A program made the position numbers and the translations under genes. Of a stretch of 55,512 bases of DNA, positions 51,688-55,512 are shown in pieces (within the stretch, counting starts at the first letter, position 1; every line of letters begins with the position of its first letter). The notes beneath the pieces are model-generated. The model made no database searches, had not been told where the DNA came from, and worked only from the letters and a program-made list of their open reading frames with translations. The stretch covers positions 186,001 to 241,512 of the forward strand of contig KZ538092.1 in NCBI GenBank assembly GCA_000934665.2. Reading direction: 5' to 3'. This DNA comes from Catajapyx aquilonaris (lineage: Eukaryota).

Positions 51688-54600
51688 ACATTTCAAAACA
51701 AAAAGTCGTTTTCAAAATAAATTGATCGTTAATTGCATGCACCATAGGGCGATGTGACACTTTAAAAGAGCCATAACCCAGCGAATGGGATGCTGTTCTC
51801 CGCCCATTTTTCCTCCTGTAAAGATCTGGCAAGAAATGGTAAATAGGGAGGTAATAAGTGGCGGGAGTGGTAATAAATGCGGTGCTTCTCTAATGGGCGT
51901 GCTGGGGTCCTCAGGTAGGCCAAGAAGAAGAAGAAGAAAAAAAGACGAGTGGGAGCTACCTAATAAAGCATATGCTTATGGGCCCTGCTAAGACGCCTTA
52001 AAAACAGCCGTAAATTTTACAGATCCAAGCGGGTGTCCTTACCCCTCCAAAAAAAAATTTAACCATAAGCCTATGGTTTGTCTTAGAAGCTCAACCTGAA
52101 AAGTTGGCCTGAATTTATTATGAAACAAGCTTATGAGGATGTAAGAATGAGTTCCAACTGTTTCTGTCGCATTCTTGAAATCCGCACAAAACTTCCGCAT
52201 ACTCGTCTAGCCAAAATGCAAAAAAAAGGGGATTTTTCCAAGCAGTCATTGGCCTCTCATTTCTCTGGAAAACATCCCTCAAATTTTTCAAAGTATTTTT
52301 GAACATTATATGAGCCAGAAAAAAGACGCATGTCTTCTATTATTTCGGACAACACTTTTCTTTGGCGTAAAGCGAAGCGAGTGGCTTTCTAGGCTTGCAA
52401 ATATTTTTCTAGTGGATTTTTATAAGAGAGAAAATTTGCATACTACGCAGATGTATTGTCTCTGGAAAGTGTCGCTTGTTCACTTTTAGAAACTTTCAAG
52501 ATGAGTTACACCCTCTTTTGTGAAACGCGTCAAAAAGTTTTTAATGAGCCTCAAAATGAACACCGTTTATCAAAACGACTCGGCCCATTTCTCACTCGTC
52601 CCTTTCTGAAATTCCTGCATCTTACTCATTGAACAATTGCTTCTGTACACACACTGGGTAAAAAGTGTCTTGAGCGTCCGAAAGTGTCGAAGTGGTGTTT
52701 GTCCAAATTGGCGCAAACACACGTAACATACTAAGAGACACCATAATTAATGAGCCCAGCTCGTTTCTGAATCGAGCTCTTTTTTTCCCCCCCTTGTACA
52801 TGTCTCCTGGAGGCATGGAGCCCAGTTTTGAAGCACTGGCCATTCGCCCACCCTTGTCCACACATATAAATAGGATTGGCAACTTCGCACCTCTAATAAT
52901 AGTTAGTCCGCGCGAGAAAAAAAAATCCGCAAAAAAAATATGAAGAGATACGTTTCCTGTCGCGTGCTAGAAAATCGCGCAAACATTTAGGCTTCCGGAT
53001 AGCGACAGAGGGCATTGGTGGTCTGGTTATTTAGCATTTGAGAGGGTGGGTTTATTTTTGGGGAGCCTTCTCAGAGTTGCAGGAAATAGACAATATGTTT
53101 TGGTGGGGTTTCTTGCCCGCTTGTCCAAACTGGGTTGCTCGACACGAATTTTTTCGTATAATTTATAATCAACAGCGGGTTTGGGATGTGGGTGCCAGCA
53201 GCCAAAATAATTGTATGGACATGGCGAATTAGGACGCCCACTATACTAGAGCCTTGGTTCTTAATGGCATAATTGGAGGCTGCAAGGCACTTGTGCCAAA
53301 CTACCATACATACAACCGCCAATATTACGCATAGCAAGTGCGCTCTTCCATTGAAAAAAAAAATATGACGCCTCCAGGGTTGTAAAAACAGCAACAAGTG
53401 TTGAAATACTAGCCTTTAAAAGAAAAAGACAGTGTGTGTAAAAACGATATGGGTTTTTACTACAGTGTGAGGCTACAAATATTTGTTTTTCATTCTCTTC
53501 CACACTAGGGGGATGAACCCCCTGAATTTCTGCCCATTTTCTTTTGGAGAAAGAGGACAGTCGTTTGCATAAAATATGAAGTCCCCATCTGCCCCCTCTT
53601 AAGAAGGGAGCGGCATGTGCATATGGATATGCATAAAAAGGGAGCCATGGATAGAGGGGAAGTGGAGGATGAGGCAGCAGCTGGGCGCGTGTCTCATATG
53701 AGTACAAGATGTCTCGGTTGGATTTCTTCGCCTGCCTCTCTGTGTCCCTCCTTGAGAATGAATGGCTCCAAGGAGGGATCCTCTCATACACAGAAAGAGG
53801 AAATGGGAGGCAGGTGGAGAAAGAAAATAATATATACTATATATATAAAAAAGGAAGAAGTCCTCAGCTGAAACGGACAGATGCGTTCCGGCAAAATGGG
53901 CGTGGAAACCCACAAGGAAAATAAATACCGACTTAATTAAGTCTGAACCTCAAATGTGAGCCGCTTACCCCTTTTCAATGTTTGTCGAGCCGGTTATGTA
54001 TACTCAGAAACACATCCTCTCCTGTAGGATATGCAATCGGCCAGGTTGCACATTCTCCAGGATAACGACCTTTTTGTGTGTAAAATATTATACAGATAAT
54101 TAGATCTCAAGGAGTAATTCTGTCCCTACACGCATTGACTCATCACCAACGTGCATGTAGTACTACTTGCCCCTGACAGAGGCAGCAGTGTGCATAGAGG
54201 GGGCCTATGCGCCAGCTGGTAGTGGCATATTGTACTACGTCCAAGTGGGCCGTGTTGCCAAATTTTTAGCAACGGTTTCACTGCTATAGTTAAACATATT
54301 AATCTGGCAGTGAGAGCACCCATGAACACATCAAAAAGGGAGCTATTTTCCGTCCGTTTAAAATCTCCAAGGGCATTTAAAATATTGTCAGCTTGAAGGA
54401 TCAAGATTGGGTGCCCCAAAATCTGAGTAATCAGAACTGGAGCAAAAGGGGTCCGGGCCCATGCAGCAAGGCAAGGCGTATAGAGTGCAGCTGGACCGGA
54501 AGAAAGATGAAGAGAAGGGCAAGGGGAAGATGGGGTAGGGCAGAAGGGAAGGGATCTTCTTGGATTTTTGTCTCTTCATCTCCTCGGCACACACCAGATG

Positions 54601-55323
54601 GATGAGTCAGTTTACTCGAGTGTACATCGTTCACATACACATGAAGCTTCTGTAGCTGGGGGGNGATGAATTTTAATTTCCTCCCGGGGCGGGTCATAAA
54701 TTGTGCTTACAGGGTGTGGTGTAGCTTTCTTTGCCAGGACCTTTCTTGTCCTTTTTTTTTAATGTGTGTGTGCGTACTCGACCTCTGGTGGTCGCTTAGG
54801 AATTGGCGTCTTTAGCGGACGGAAGTCGTATTCTTGTGTGGCAACTCGTTATCAACTATTAGACGCGATGTGTGTCACGCTCGATATGTTCAGGCGTCCA
54901 GACACTTAAGCTTTGTAATGAAAGAAAGATATATTGGGGAGCCATTGCAGTTAGCGTGCTTTTTCCTAATTAAGAATTTCGTGCTTTGCGGCTGCTGATA
55001 AAATGAGCGTCATCGTCTTTTACTGGACGCACGTAAGTGCATGTCTATTGTATGTAGAGGAATTCATGGAAGCGGTTATCGGTGCATAAGCTGCACTTGC
55101 GTAGGACGTTACGCAACCTTGAAGTACGGGACTGTTCATATCACGTAACCGAAAACGCACAATAAATCGCGAGATAGAAATAACTCCATGATTAAGTGAG
55201 CATCACATTAATAGGCGGAATTTGCATAATTTACAGTATAGAAAAATATCTTTAAAAAAATCGGGTTTATGTAATAATTATATTCCTCTGGATAAATTCG
55301 TGGCAACATTTCAGCTGACAAAT

Positions 55324-55424
55324 GGTGGAATTTTCGGGTCCCACTGCTAGGGAGTAGCAGTACCAGTGTTGATACTGGCACTGCTAAGTTAGAAGTAGTT
55401 AGCAGTGGGACGAAAATATCACCC
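55324..55424. mobile_element. Short palindromic MITE-like family, copy C
   Basis: ggtggaattttcgggtcccactgcta ... tagcagtgggacgaaaatatcaccc. Confidence 0.7.
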
Positions 55425-55512
55425 GAGCTTTCCAAGTTGTCTAAATTGAGTTTGTGGCGAAATTATTATCGATATCGAGTTATTAATTTATATTGACTGA
55501 CCGATTTCCCCC

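Noticed and set aside
52622..52943. Possible - strand exon ending in a GTAAGA donor
   Set aside because: No downstream exon or recognisable protein could be linked to it.

Overview
Gene-dense, intron-containing animal DNA with many 50-100 nt GT-AG introns; gene content and style suggest an arthropod (inference only). In order: the 3' portion of tankyrase (+); alpha-L-iduronidase (+, last exon not found); two tail-to-tail spondin-2/mindin-like paralogues; two tandem paralogues for small secreted half-VWC cysteine-rich peptides (-); an apparently secreted coiled-coil + MATH/TRAF-domain protein (-); an uncharacterised ~383-aa protein (-); a divergent pair of small orphan genes; a 14-exon FAM193A-like gene (+); then repeat-rich intergenic DNA. 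The main signal the ORF track does not explain is four related box C/D snoRNA-like units, each in a different FAM193A intron. They share an invariant 14-nt guide whose core is complementary to a conserved invertebrate 18S rRNA segment (target recalled from memory, needs checking). Also noted: the IDUA/SPON2/FAM193A grouping echoes human 4p16.3, the spondin paralogues differ by three internal introns, and there are several MITE, foldback and Helitron-end repeats. Exon boundaries were placed by hand from splice signals and reading-frame continuity; no database searches were run.
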